Source: Octopus bimaculoides (Eukaryota). From it: 39,217 nucleotides of DNA. The translations under genes and the position numbers were made by a program. Below, piece after piece: positions 19,569 to 31,300 of the stretch. The stretch lies in the NCBI RefSeq assembly GCF_001194135.2, contig NC_068984.1, forward strand, positions 12,321,431-12,360,647, given 5' to 3'. The notes under the pieces were generated by a model that saw only the letters and a program-made list of their open reading frames with translations, did no database searches and was not told where the DNA came from. How positions within the stretch are numbered: the first letter of the stretch is position 1; every line of letters begins with the position of its first letter.

Positions 19569-19575
19569 AGAAAGG
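19569..19575 (-). promoter_or_regulatory. TCT / 5'TOP-like initiator of RPL18A
   Basis: CCTTTCT on the minus strand about 20 nt upstream of the ATG; typical of ribosomal protein gene starts. Confidence 0.7.
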
Positions 19576-19579
19576 TAGA

Positions 19580-19587
19580 TCACGTGA
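19580..19587. promoter_or_regulatory. Palindromic E-box TCACGTGA
   Basis: Directly upstream of the TCT motif. Confidence 0.5.
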
Positions 19588-19623
19588 CGAAAACGAGACT
19601 TTACAGGGACGGAAATACTTAGA

Positions 19624-19639
19624 TTAATATCGATATTAA
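19624..19639. promoter_or_regulatory. DRE-like element TATCGATA inside a 16-bp perfect palindrome TTAATATCGATATTAA
   Basis: Seen in sequence about 55 nt upstream of the RPL18A TCT motif; TATCGATA is the DREF site of Drosophila housekeeping promoters. Confidence 0.55.
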
Positions 19640-20034
19640 ATTTTTCGCTGAAATTTATTTAAAACATCTTTAACACACCGATAATATATTATATATAATT
19701 TTAAAAGTGTAAAACTAAAAAAGAACTATTTAAAAATAATTCCTTGTTTTCTGCTCGAGATCTCGAACACTCGAGATATTCTAGCACGCTTGTGGAAGCG
19801 AGACTTGTGATACGGTGATGTTAATGTCTCAATGCAAACAATTGAAGATGGGAAAAAAAGAAAACAATTTGAATTTACCAGATCACAAACTATGACATAA
19901 TAACCTCTGTAATACTTTAGTTATCCTATCATCTATTACCCATTATTATGAAGCTACAGTAACAGTCTGTGTAGCCATATAATTGTGTAGTTATTACTTT
20001 TTTTTTTGTTTTTAATCCATTTAAGTTTGAGCTC

Positions 20035-20040
20035 CACGTG
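20035..20040. promoter_or_regulatory. Second E-box CACGTG between RPL18A and XPOT
   Basis: Motif match only. Confidence 0.3.
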
Positions 20041-20668
20041 TCTAAAGAGACGAGAGAGACTCCCCAGATTTTACCGATTCGATTTGAAAATATAACAACA
20101 ACCCCAAACCTAGAAAAACTCACAATTACAACATCATTTATATATCATTTTATCAACCTGCTCTAAATTCTGGTCTCATACTTCAATTCTGAACAGATTA
20201 AAAAAAGAAAATTATTCACATTTTACCATTTATTATTACACAGAGAAGAGAGAGAAAAAACCGTTTTAACAATTAACTGTTAAATGTGATATGAAAAATA
20301 TTCAAATTAAGTTTACGCCAAGAACAGTCATAGAAGTAATTGTTAATACGAATATGGACACGGAATTTTAATTGTTAATTTGTTGAAACATATCTATCAA
20401 CCGTTATATATATATTTTTTGCTGGTTAATAAAAACCAGTCTTTTAAATAAAATAGTCACCAAATGCTCTGTCAAGCCAACATCTTGTCCTCCCATATCG
20501 ACAACAGCAAACACAATTCCTTCTTAATATATATTTAGACCTCATACATTTTATTTTTGTTTGCATTGAACAAAGTTTAAAAAGGAAGACAGTAATTTGA
20601 CGAGAGTGTGAGATCAGAGTTGGTGAAGTTTAAAACAGATGGGAACGGTTTCTGTTCCAATGCTCGGC

Positions 20669-20734
20669 ATGGATGAACAAGCTCTTAGTTTTCTTGATGG
20701 ACCCCACTTGGGAGACGGGAGAGCTCAAGAGAAG
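20669..20734 (+). CDS. XPOT: XPOT coding exon 1
   Basis: ggcATGGATGAACAAGCT...GAG AAG|gtaagt; MDEQAL start as in human. Confidence 0.9.
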
Positions 20735-22258
20735 GTAAGTTAATATTTCAACCGTAACAACAATAATAACAACAAATAGTAAAATTGCTTTTAAAAAACT
20801 TATGCTGATCATTGCAGTTTCTCATAATATTCAAAATTTCTCGCGAAACTTTTTACATTCACACCCATCTTTACATTCCCTTGACATTATATATACTCAC
20901 ATATTATTTGTATTATTATTATTATTATTATTGGTCCAGATGGACTATATGTAATCTGAACCTTTCCCTCCTTGTTTTTGTTTTTTTTTACGGAATCCCA
21001 CGTTTTAGGCTATGGAGATTCCGATTCTGAAAAATTTTTTTCAAAAATCTCAATTTCAAAATTTCACCCCCCCCCCCCGGTTTTTATATAGATCCACAGG
21101 GTAAACCTAACTCTAACCCTAACCCTGACCCTAAACCTAACCCTAACACTAGTATTGTGAGATTTTCCTGTTATTCCTAGCATGTAAATAGCCTGCTTGG
21201 TGGTGGGGGGGAATTGAAATTTTTCAAACAACTTTTTTTCAGAATCGGAATCTCCATAGCCTAAAACGTGGGATTCCGTATAAAAAAATAGTAAATAAGG
21301 GGGAGAAAGGTTCGGATTACATATAGTCCGTCTCTACCTTTGTATTATTATTATTATTATAATATATATATATATAAATAATGTGTGTGTTCTATATTAA
21401 ATATGTACACACACACACACATGTGGATGCCTATGTGCGCAAACACGTATACACATCACATACCATTACATTTTGCCCTCTGACACCATCACTATTTTAA
21501 CCCCCACCATGCTGTAACAATGTAAGCTTTTCTATATTGTTTTACCCTCCTTGATATAAATTCAACATTGTGTAAACCACAATGTGTATTCACTAATTCG
21601 CATATCATAAAAAGAAGACCCAATCATATTTACATGCTTTGGGTATATTAAAGTTTTCATTATAGATTATATACTAACACACACACACACACACACACTT
21701 AATATTTAATGAAGATTTAACAAATAACCGGTTTGTTTCATCGAGATCTAACTGGATAAGTTTGCATGTAAGTTTTTCTAACCATTGAAATGGAACTATT
21801 TCATAATATTGCACACAATCTAATAAAACTGATGCAATAATTATGAAAAATTCTATTTACTCTAACAATGCTACCAGTACCATGAGTAGATAACAAAAAC
21901 ATGCTACTAAAGTATTATAATCCATTCTTGAATTATTAATATTCTGTGTTTGGGGTACCGACTAGATTACACACGATTACAGAATAAATAGTCTGTGAAT
22001 CAAAGATCTTTGGTCAGAATGGAGTAAATCGGTCCTATTTTTAGAACTTGTAATTATTTGTTTTCATGTGTTTTTAATTGAGATTAAACACTAATTAGTG
22101 AACACTTAGAGTCAATCTAGTTTTATTCCTAATAAAACCATCCGAAATGGAAATGCAATTATAACAGACGACTTCATAAGAAAACTGAGCACCAAGTTTA
22201 CTTTAGATTCTAATATTTGTATATTCTGACTTTATGGTAATTGATTTTTTAAGTTATG

Positions 22259-22308
<50 letters not shown>

Positions 22309-25300
22309 GGCATAATCAACGTTTGTTTATTTACTTTGCAAGACATGGATTATTTAGTATTACATGGCAGATTTTTCTAAAATAAAAATTGTTGCACGAA
22401 ATAGCATTCAAGTCGTGTTTTGTAAAAGACATCATTGGGAAATGTAGCATTTCCGCATTAAACAGGTTGATTTGCGCCATTTCATTAGCAGATGTCATCA
22501 TTGGTCGTAAGTGGGACTTTAAATCATGGTCTCTTTATATTATTGTAATAAAAAAAAGACCATTGTAAGCTGTGTGGAGCTGTCTTACGAGTTTATGTGT
22601 CCGTCTCTGTTGGCATCTACCTTTTATGTCATGGGCCGAATTAGTATCATTTTTATTTGTTGTTGAATGTCAAGGAACTTGGATATACTCAGCCACAACG
22701 ACGACAGCTAAGAATACCTAAGGGGTCAGTGACACTCACTGTTAGGTGCTTAAGAAAATAAAAATCCTTTGTTTCTATTTTGACTAAGTATTCATTTTGG
22801 AAATAATATAAAGCAAATGTTTTTATGGGAAATATTAAACACTTGACAGCCTGACCCTTGGAACTCCCCACACCATCTTGTGTTTCGTTTTTCTATCCGA
22901 TATTCTTCGGTTTCTCGAATTTCTGGAAGAAAAAAAAACGAATGTAATTCTATACCAAAGAAGTATTATATCCACCAACGCTATCAGCTGTAAATGTTCG
23001 AGAATTAAACCAGTTTTCCAACTGAAACCTGCAGGCGTCCATAAAAGAATAGACACTAAGAAAGAAAAAGAAACGTCTGAAATATTTTTCTTTTTCTTTT
23101 GCAATGTCATTTTGCAACGAACTCCTGACCTGTATACATGTACCTATGTTTACATTATCTATGTAGACCGTTGAAATTCTGCCGTGGTTAACTTTGCCAT
23201 TCATTAATTTGGAGTCAATGAATAAAGTACTGAGATCAATTCTGCCTTCTTTTTTTTTATCTTAGAAATCGGTTGTGGTCCGGTCAGGGGAGGGACGAGT
23301 CCGTTTAAGTCACGCGGTGTCCCTACAACTCCAAGGCGAGAAATACAGTCGAATGTGGCTGTTGTTAATCGGGCGATAAATTACAGAATAATACTGATTC
23401 CCCCCCCCCCCCTCTTTGTAAGCTATTTGGTACCACTTGATTATTTTCNNNNNNNNNNCCCCCTCTTTGTAAGCTATTTGGTACCACTTGATTATTTTCC
23501 CTGATATCTTAAAGTATGTAGACACTGCCAAAAACTCGCAAATGTAGCACACCGTCCCACTCAGCTACACTGCTTGAGGAGTCTCTTAAATCGTCACTCT
23601 CCCTCTCTTAGAAACAACCAAATCTCTCACATTACACCCTACCGTTTTAACTACGTGTAATCTGGACCACATACGATAATGTAATCCAGATTATAGGGAA
23701 TAAAATGAAGTGCTAATGATTGGAATGCATTTGAGCCAGTTTGGCACAATCTGTTGACGTGGACTAAACAACCTAAGTAAGCTTCTACGTGGTCATTTGA
23801 CCTGCTAGAAATAGCAACCGAATTTCCCTAAAATCACTACTGTACTGTCTTAAGGAAAGGTGAAATTGAAGAAAGTATTGAAAATGTGAGCAGATAGTAA
23901 GTTTTAGGGGTTGCAGTTCTGGAGGTAAAGATTTGTGTGAACTGGAGAAGCTAAATGGGTGCATTGGTTGGGTGCAGGTTCGAGATTTTTGTTGTGATAA
24001 ACACGAACTGCATGAAACATGATCTAGAATGTTTGTGTACCGACATAAGGGTGTTTTGTGGATTGCACATAGTCACCTATTTAGAAATATTTTCCTGACC
24101 CCTGAATTGGAATCTTTTAGAATGTTAGGGTTATAAGTGTGTGGTTGATCTGAAGTATTGTTCAGGGTTAACTTTGGAAGGTTTTAGTTGCAAATAATTC
24201 ATGGGTATGAAAAAAGTTGAATAGTTGCAAATGTGCAGTGAATGACCCAGTCACTGCTCATTTAGTAAACACATTGAATGAGACATGTATTATGATATTT
24301 GCATTTTCTATTTATAGAAGTTTTAACATGTTCGCAAATGTGTCGAGGTTGCGTGACGATCACACGCGTGTGTGGAGGGCAGGTTGAAGTTGTCGATCAA
24401 TGGGTGTATTCAATACTTACATTTGGAATGATGTTTAAATGTAAGTTACGGGTATTATGTGCAGATCTTTTGACAAACGTTTGTGGCCATAGGTGTGTGA
24501 CCTGAAAATAGGGTGAAGAGGAAGATTTGTATGGGAAATGAAGGTATTTTGATGGGTTTTAATTGCGATTACACCAGAATTTGTAATCATTTATGTACCT
24601 TATACACTGTGTTGACCAAAGGGTCATAAGGTACCACATTGCACTGCATCAACTATATAGTCTCTCTAGCAAGACCTATTGGAAACTTTGCTCCGTCATT
24701 TGCTTCCAATTTTTGTTGATGTAATTATTGAGCCTACTGAATTAGAAGTCTCCTTTAAGTGAATGCTTACTGCTTGTGCAGTGTATTGAGTTAGAACTAA
24801 AGGTCTCAAGAACCACACTAATGGGTGGTTGTTGAAAAGGGATTGCTGTGAGATGTTTTCTGTTGTGGTTGTACTATGCTGGTGGCACGTAAAAAGCACC
24901 ATTTAAGCGTGATCATTACCAGCGTCGCCTTACTGGCACTTGTGCCGGTGGCACATGAAAAAACATTTAAATGAGGTTGTTGCCAGTGCCGCTGGACTGG
25001 CTCCTGTGCAGGTGGCATGTAAAAAACACCATTTTAGCGTGGCCATTGCCAGTACCACCTGACTGGCCCTCGTGCTGGTGGCACATAAAAGCACCCACTA
25101 CACTCTCGGAGTGGTTGGCGTTAGGAAGGGATTCCAGCTGTGGAAACACTGCCAAATCAGATTGGAGCCTGGTGCAGCCATCTGGTACGCCAGTCCTCAG
25201 TCAAATCGTCCAACCCAAGCCAGCATGGAAAGTGGACGTTAAACGATGATGATGTTGTTCATTGATGTTTATGGAGAATGAAAATGTCTTTCTAGGGCTG

Positions 25301-28300
25301 CATGTAAAATTATTAATAAGACACACGCAAACAATTAACAGAAGGTTTATTTACTGAACTTTGTGTTTTCTGTGTTGATTTTTGAATGAAGAATAAAAAC
25401 AACAATTTGTACACACTGGGAGAGACCTACTACTGGGGTCTGGAAACAGTCACAACAGTTAGCAGTTTTTTTTTTTTTTTTATATGAAGATTTTGCATTA
25501 TATAGTTCAGACATGGATGACATAGAAAGCAGACATGCTGCTGGGCTATGCTGTGTTGCACAGGATTGGAAACGTGAAACACCAACAAGGCACTTCTGAA
25601 GAATGGATGAATGGGTTTGTTGTTCCTTTGCCCTGCTGCACACACATGCACATGGCCCGGTGGTGTGTGGGATGGTAACATGAAACATCAACAGGGCACC
25701 GACCTCTGCCAAATTGGACAAAAGGGTTTTCATGAAATATTATACACTACTTATAATGCATAAGTTGTGTCAATATTTTATCGCCGGAAAATGACCTAAA
25801 GCAAAGATAAAGCCCAGTGCAGTATATTCAAATCCAATTAATCTGCATTTTTGGGGGCCCATTGTCGGTGTCGAAAATTTTTTTTAGTCAACAGCTATTT
25901 GAGGAGCCTGGTAAAATGTTTGTTACAAATTTGGAGGAAAGCGACTGGATAATCTTCAAGTTACAGGTTTGAATGCTGCAAAAATGCTTAAAAATGCGGT
26001 TTATCTGCCCCTGGGCGCACATTAGGCAAGAAGTTGAAAATCTTTTTGGCCCATGGCACTTCATTGACCCTATGTAATGCATGTGTAAAATTTCATTAAA
26101 ATCGGTTGGTGGATCTTGAGTTTTAACGACATGACAAACACACAAACAGACACATCCTGTTTTTTTTTTATATATATATAGATATAAGCATTACATTTGA
26201 TAGTACTGAATGTGAAAAGGTTAAACAAAGTGTAGTAAGACTATATAACTGATGCACAATATATATACTGACCATATGATGAAATACCATCCAGTAAAGT
26301 ATCTATGTCACTCACATTGTGTAGTGAGGCATGTGTAACTGTATAGCTGAAAATGTTGTGTAGTGAGGCATATGTAACTGTGTAGCTGAAAATGTTGTGT
26401 AGCGTTGCATGTGTAACTATGTAGCTGAAAATGTAAAATACCTGTTTAGACTATATATTCAACAAAGTGTTCTGCAGTTTCTCACTTCTATCAAAGCCAA
26501 ATTTTGTCTTGTGTTCTTTAAGGGCATTAAAATGTCATTTTAATGCTCTTGATCCACCATTCTTGACCACTGATCAGAACCTGGGTTGTATCTAATTGTT
26601 GCATTTGTAAAACAGTAATAGCAAAAATTTGGTTATCTAGGATCCAGATCTGATTGTTATTAGAGTAACAGGTAGGTGTTTCAGTGGCAACATGTATACA
26701 GCAAAATATGATTAAAATGTGCCAAATACAGTACATGTTTGGCTGTTGGTGATTTGGCATGGCTAATTGGACATGAAACCTGTTTTGGTAACAATACCCT
26801 TTGACTCTGGAGGCAAACATGTATGTATAGAAGTATTAACATATAGTAGAGACGCATTACAACTTTTTAATTACTCTCTTTTACTTGTTTCAGTCATTTG
26901 ACTGCGACCATGCTGGAGCACCGCCTTCATAGTCGAGCAAATCGACCCCAGAGCTTATTCTTTGTAAGCCTAGTACTTATTCTATCGGTCTCTTTTGCCG
27001 AACCGCTAAGTTACGGGGGCGCAAACACACCAGCATCGGTTGTCAAGCGATGCTGGGGGACAAACAGACACACAAACATATGTATATATATATATATCTA
27101 TATATACATATACGACGGGCTTCTTCCAGTTGCCGTCTACCAAATCCACTCACAAGGCTTTGGTCGGCTCGAGGCTATAGTAGAAAACACTTGCCCAAGG
27201 TGCCAAGCAGTGGGACTGAACCCGGGACCATGTGGTTGGTAAGCAAGCTACTTACCACACAGTCACTCCTGCGCCTATAATTGAACATGATTGAAATAAG
27301 CATTTTCCCTCTCCCCGTACACATAATGCAAAGTATGCCCGCGCACACACAAACAGAAGTATGGTTGAGAATGAGAGAAACATTTGACGTCAGTGTCAAA
27401 TTGGTGATACCAAATGGGCAGTACCAAAACAGCTGTGCCAAAAGGTTTTGTGCTCGTGTTTCAGGAAGAAAATAATCATCTAGTATTTCATCATTTTTGT
27501 TCAAGTTACCTGACATTCGTGTCACCTGACATTTGTATCCTTAGCAATGTCTTAGTTCATATGTACTACCTGTCCTCCTCTGATTAAGCAATAAAATGCA
27601 ATCAAGAATAAAATCAGTATGAAAGAGGCAGAGCTCTTGGCACACTGATTTCATAATTCCAAGCCATTTCTCAAGAATTTTACCAATATAAATGTCACTC
27701 TTTTTATTTTAAATTTGTGTTCTTATGATTACTTAAGAAATCAATTATTACAAAATGACTATTGAATTTTTTCCAAGGTTATCTTTAATGATCTTCTCCA
27801 TACATCATATGGTGTATCCATACTCGGTGCTATATAAAAATACATCACTGGGTGTATATGTACTCAATACTCTATCATCAATATACATAACTGTGTATAT
27901 AGTCAGTGCTGTATCAATATGCATCATTGAGTGTATATGTATGCAATACTATGTCAATATGCATTTATCATCAGCATCATTGTTGTCATCATTTTACGTT
28001 TTCCTTCTTTACCAGTATGGATTGGATGAGCTGTCTTGGTTAGAACCAGTTCTTACTTGGATTTGCTGTCCTATATACATTGGAGGACTATTGTCTTCAT
28101 CTCATATTCCATTCATGGCTTGTTTGCTATGGATGAATACCCTCTCTAAGGCCAACCACTTTGAAGAATGTACTGAGTGTGTTTTGCAGTATCAGTGCCA
28201 GAAGCATTGTTCCAAGGACTAAAGGGTTACATTGTACTTCTCTTGTCTCTGCCTGTTTGCCAACCACTCTACAGAGTACCGAGTGCATTTTATCATAGCA

Positions 28301-31300
28301 CATTAGTGAGGTTACCTTGTACCCCACAAGACTAAAAAGTCCTACCTTCCTATATATATTGTCTCTGTTCATTCAAGGCAGCATGACCAGAAATAATGAA
28401 AATATGAAGAGAGATGTTAGAAATTGAACTAAGTTGAACGGATGAGAGAAGCAAGAGTATAATTTGGGGAATCAGTCTGATGAGGAGGAGAGAATGGCAG
28501 AAGAGGAATGAAAGAGAATGTAACAACAGCTACATGTAATATTTGTCAGTGGATGACTCTTCAGATGTTGGGTCTCACAGGGGATGACAGGACTGAGACA
28601 TCTGGTGATTTACTGTGCTTAAGGCATGTCAAGCTAAGTAAAATTGTGGCTGTCTTTGCATACAGGTATGTGGCTTGCACCCCTCTTCAGGTGAGCGTTC
28701 ATAATCTTGTGGGTGCTGGTGGCATGTAAAAAGCACCCAGTACGCTCTGTAGAGTTGCTGGTATTAGGAAAGACATCCAGCCATAGAAACCATGCCAAAA
28801 CAGACATGGAGCTAAGGCAGCTCTTCAGCTGGCCATTTCCTGTTGAACCGTTGAACCCATGCCATCATGGAAAACGGACGTTAAATGATGAAGTGAGCTG
28901 AGGGAGAGGGCGTGGTTGGTTAGCAATAGAGAAGGGTAATGGTAGGGTGTATTGGGGAAGGATAGATTTAATGCAATCACTCTCTACCCAGGTATTGTGA
29001 CTGGAGAGAGATGTGGAACTATATGGATGGTGATAAGTGGAGATTGCATATTGACAGGTGCATACCTTGCAATGAGTGGCTTCTTACATTGAATAGGAAA
29101 GAAGGGGAGTTTTGAAGGGGTGTGGGGAGGTGTTGTAGCAAATGGAAACTTCACAGGTGTTTTCTTAACCTTTTTACCCTTGTGTAACCCTTAAAATAAA
29201 TTACATATCTCACAGAACCCCTGCACACAAAAAATTATATACTATATCTTTCTCATATTTTTTCCACTGTACTTCACATGGTAAATATCGTAAATATCAT
29301 TATATGGTTATAATTTTTTGATAACATAATAGGTTAGACAGGATGATGTCTATATTACAATAACCAATAATATGTTGTGCATGTATAGTGATATGATCAT
29401 GAAATTAGCATTAGCTTATCTCACTCTCTCTCATGGAACCCCTATGAACCTTTTGTGGAAGCCTGGTTGAGAGACGCTGCTTTACAGGAACATAACCAGT
29501 TTGAGAGCTGGTGTAGCTATATTATACATCCTAGTCTTTCCATTATTACCACCATTCTAACATTCATTCTGTCATGCTTTCATGGTTGGGCAAGTTCTTT
29601 GTAGCACTGTTTGTTGCCAATTATCACTCTGTTGTCATTTCCTTTGTGATGTCCAGCAGCAGTTTGAGATCAGTTTTCACAGCTTCATCCCATACTTGCC
29701 TAAGTGCCCTTCTTCCATCTACTTCGAGCTCTCGGCACTTTTTAATACAGCCATCACCCTCTTTATACATCGCCTCGCTGAACCAGCATTGCTTTACTTC
29801 TCTCTTGTTTATTACATCTAATTTCCTACGCACAGCTTTTCTTTCGGCTTATTTGTCCGTCCCCATTCATACACATTAACAGTACACCTCTTGTAGCGGA
29901 TGTTTAGTTCATTTCTTTCTTGGGCATCCATTGTTAACAATAAATACATATAGAATTTAAACCTATTTTATTTTGTTTTATGCATTCCCTGGGGAGCAGC
30001 GGGGGCCTGGTTATTTTCATCATCAACCCCTGGATATTCTGACTTCAATTGTAGGACTCAGGGGCCTGGTTACCTGGTTTCCATGGCATGTAAGTGACCA
30101 AGATCACAACATTCCTCTTGAACAGGACATCAGTCCGTCACAGGTTTACTCATTTACCACTACACTAACTGGAGCAATGGGAAATAGTGTTTTGTTCAAG
30201 AACACAATGCACTACCCAGTCTGGGAATTGAAAACGACCTTGTGATTATGAGGGGAACACCCTAACCTCCAGTTCACTACTTTCTAAAACTAATCTTTGC
30301 TTTCCTTTTTTGTTATTTCTGTTTTCTTATCTATTTCAGATATTGACTTATTTTGAACTGCTGAAGAGATCAGACGATGGTTGGAAACTCTGTATTACTG
30401 CCTTTACTTGTGGCAAATACAACAGGTCTGTTTATAAATAACATTGTATTGACTTGTTTGAATTCCTGTGTGTGTGTTTAAGTGCAAAATTAGCTTATGA
30501 CAGCTTTACATAACTATAAGATGGGTGTTATGTTAGAATGATTGTTGCTTCCAGAGAAGATTGGAATTTTGAGAATGTCTTAAAAAATGTCTTTAAATAT
30601 ATTTTTTGAGAATTATTCTGCTAGATAAGGAATCTAAAAGATTAGGACAATGAGACTTTAAATTGTGCTTGTTAATAAATTTATAATTCTAGAGACAAGA
30701 GTAAAGAAGTTTGAGCAAAATAGTGTACGAGTTTGTTGTTACTTGATGAGAAAATGAAGGGTTGGGTCTGGCATTTTAGGCTTTGGCATCTTTATCAAAA
30801 AGAAACAAAAGTTCTGTGTGTCCATAAATTATATGTTCAGATATATTTCAACCCCAAAATGCAGAACTTTTATTTTTCTCTCTTCTTTGATGAAGGGCCT
30901 GCAAATATTGGATCTCTTCATTTCGTCAGTAATTTATTTGAACTACCACACTGCCTCCGGTACAAACTCATGCTGGTTTACTTTGTATTTTTAACTATTT
31001 CAAAACAGTGACTCATTTTCTTTTGTTCTTTTTATTTCACTAGCTGTGTATAAAATCAAGATATAAAAAAAAGTTGCTTAAAAAAGTATGAGACACTATT
31101 TACAAAGAAGAGAATAAAATGTTCTTAGGAATGTAATGAAGTGTTCATTATTGAGAATGCACTAGTCGGGCTAGTGAGGTCATGGAAAAGGATTATAGTA
31201 AAAAAAGCTATCATTGTAAGAGGAGCACTGTCTGCAAACAGGACTGGCTCTAGGGTTTACTGGCACCCTAGGCAAGCTGAGTGGAAACGCAATGGCCCAG

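Noticed and set aside
22689-23110. Possible antisense gene start (caagATGGTGTGG...AGG|gtcagg) inside XPOT intron 1
   Set aside because: Every candidate acceptor downstream leads to a stop within about 30 codons; no recognisable protein.
23408-23499. 41-bp direct duplication
   Set aside because: The copies sit either side of a 10-N gap next to a poly-C run, typical of an unmerged contig overlap.
27385-27392. CRE palindrome TGACGTCA
   Set aside because: A single 8-mer without context; expected by chance at this window size.
27755-28222. 155-aa ORF in XPOT intron 1
   Set aside because: Low-complexity and partly degenerate RTE-tail sequence; no motif or splice support.
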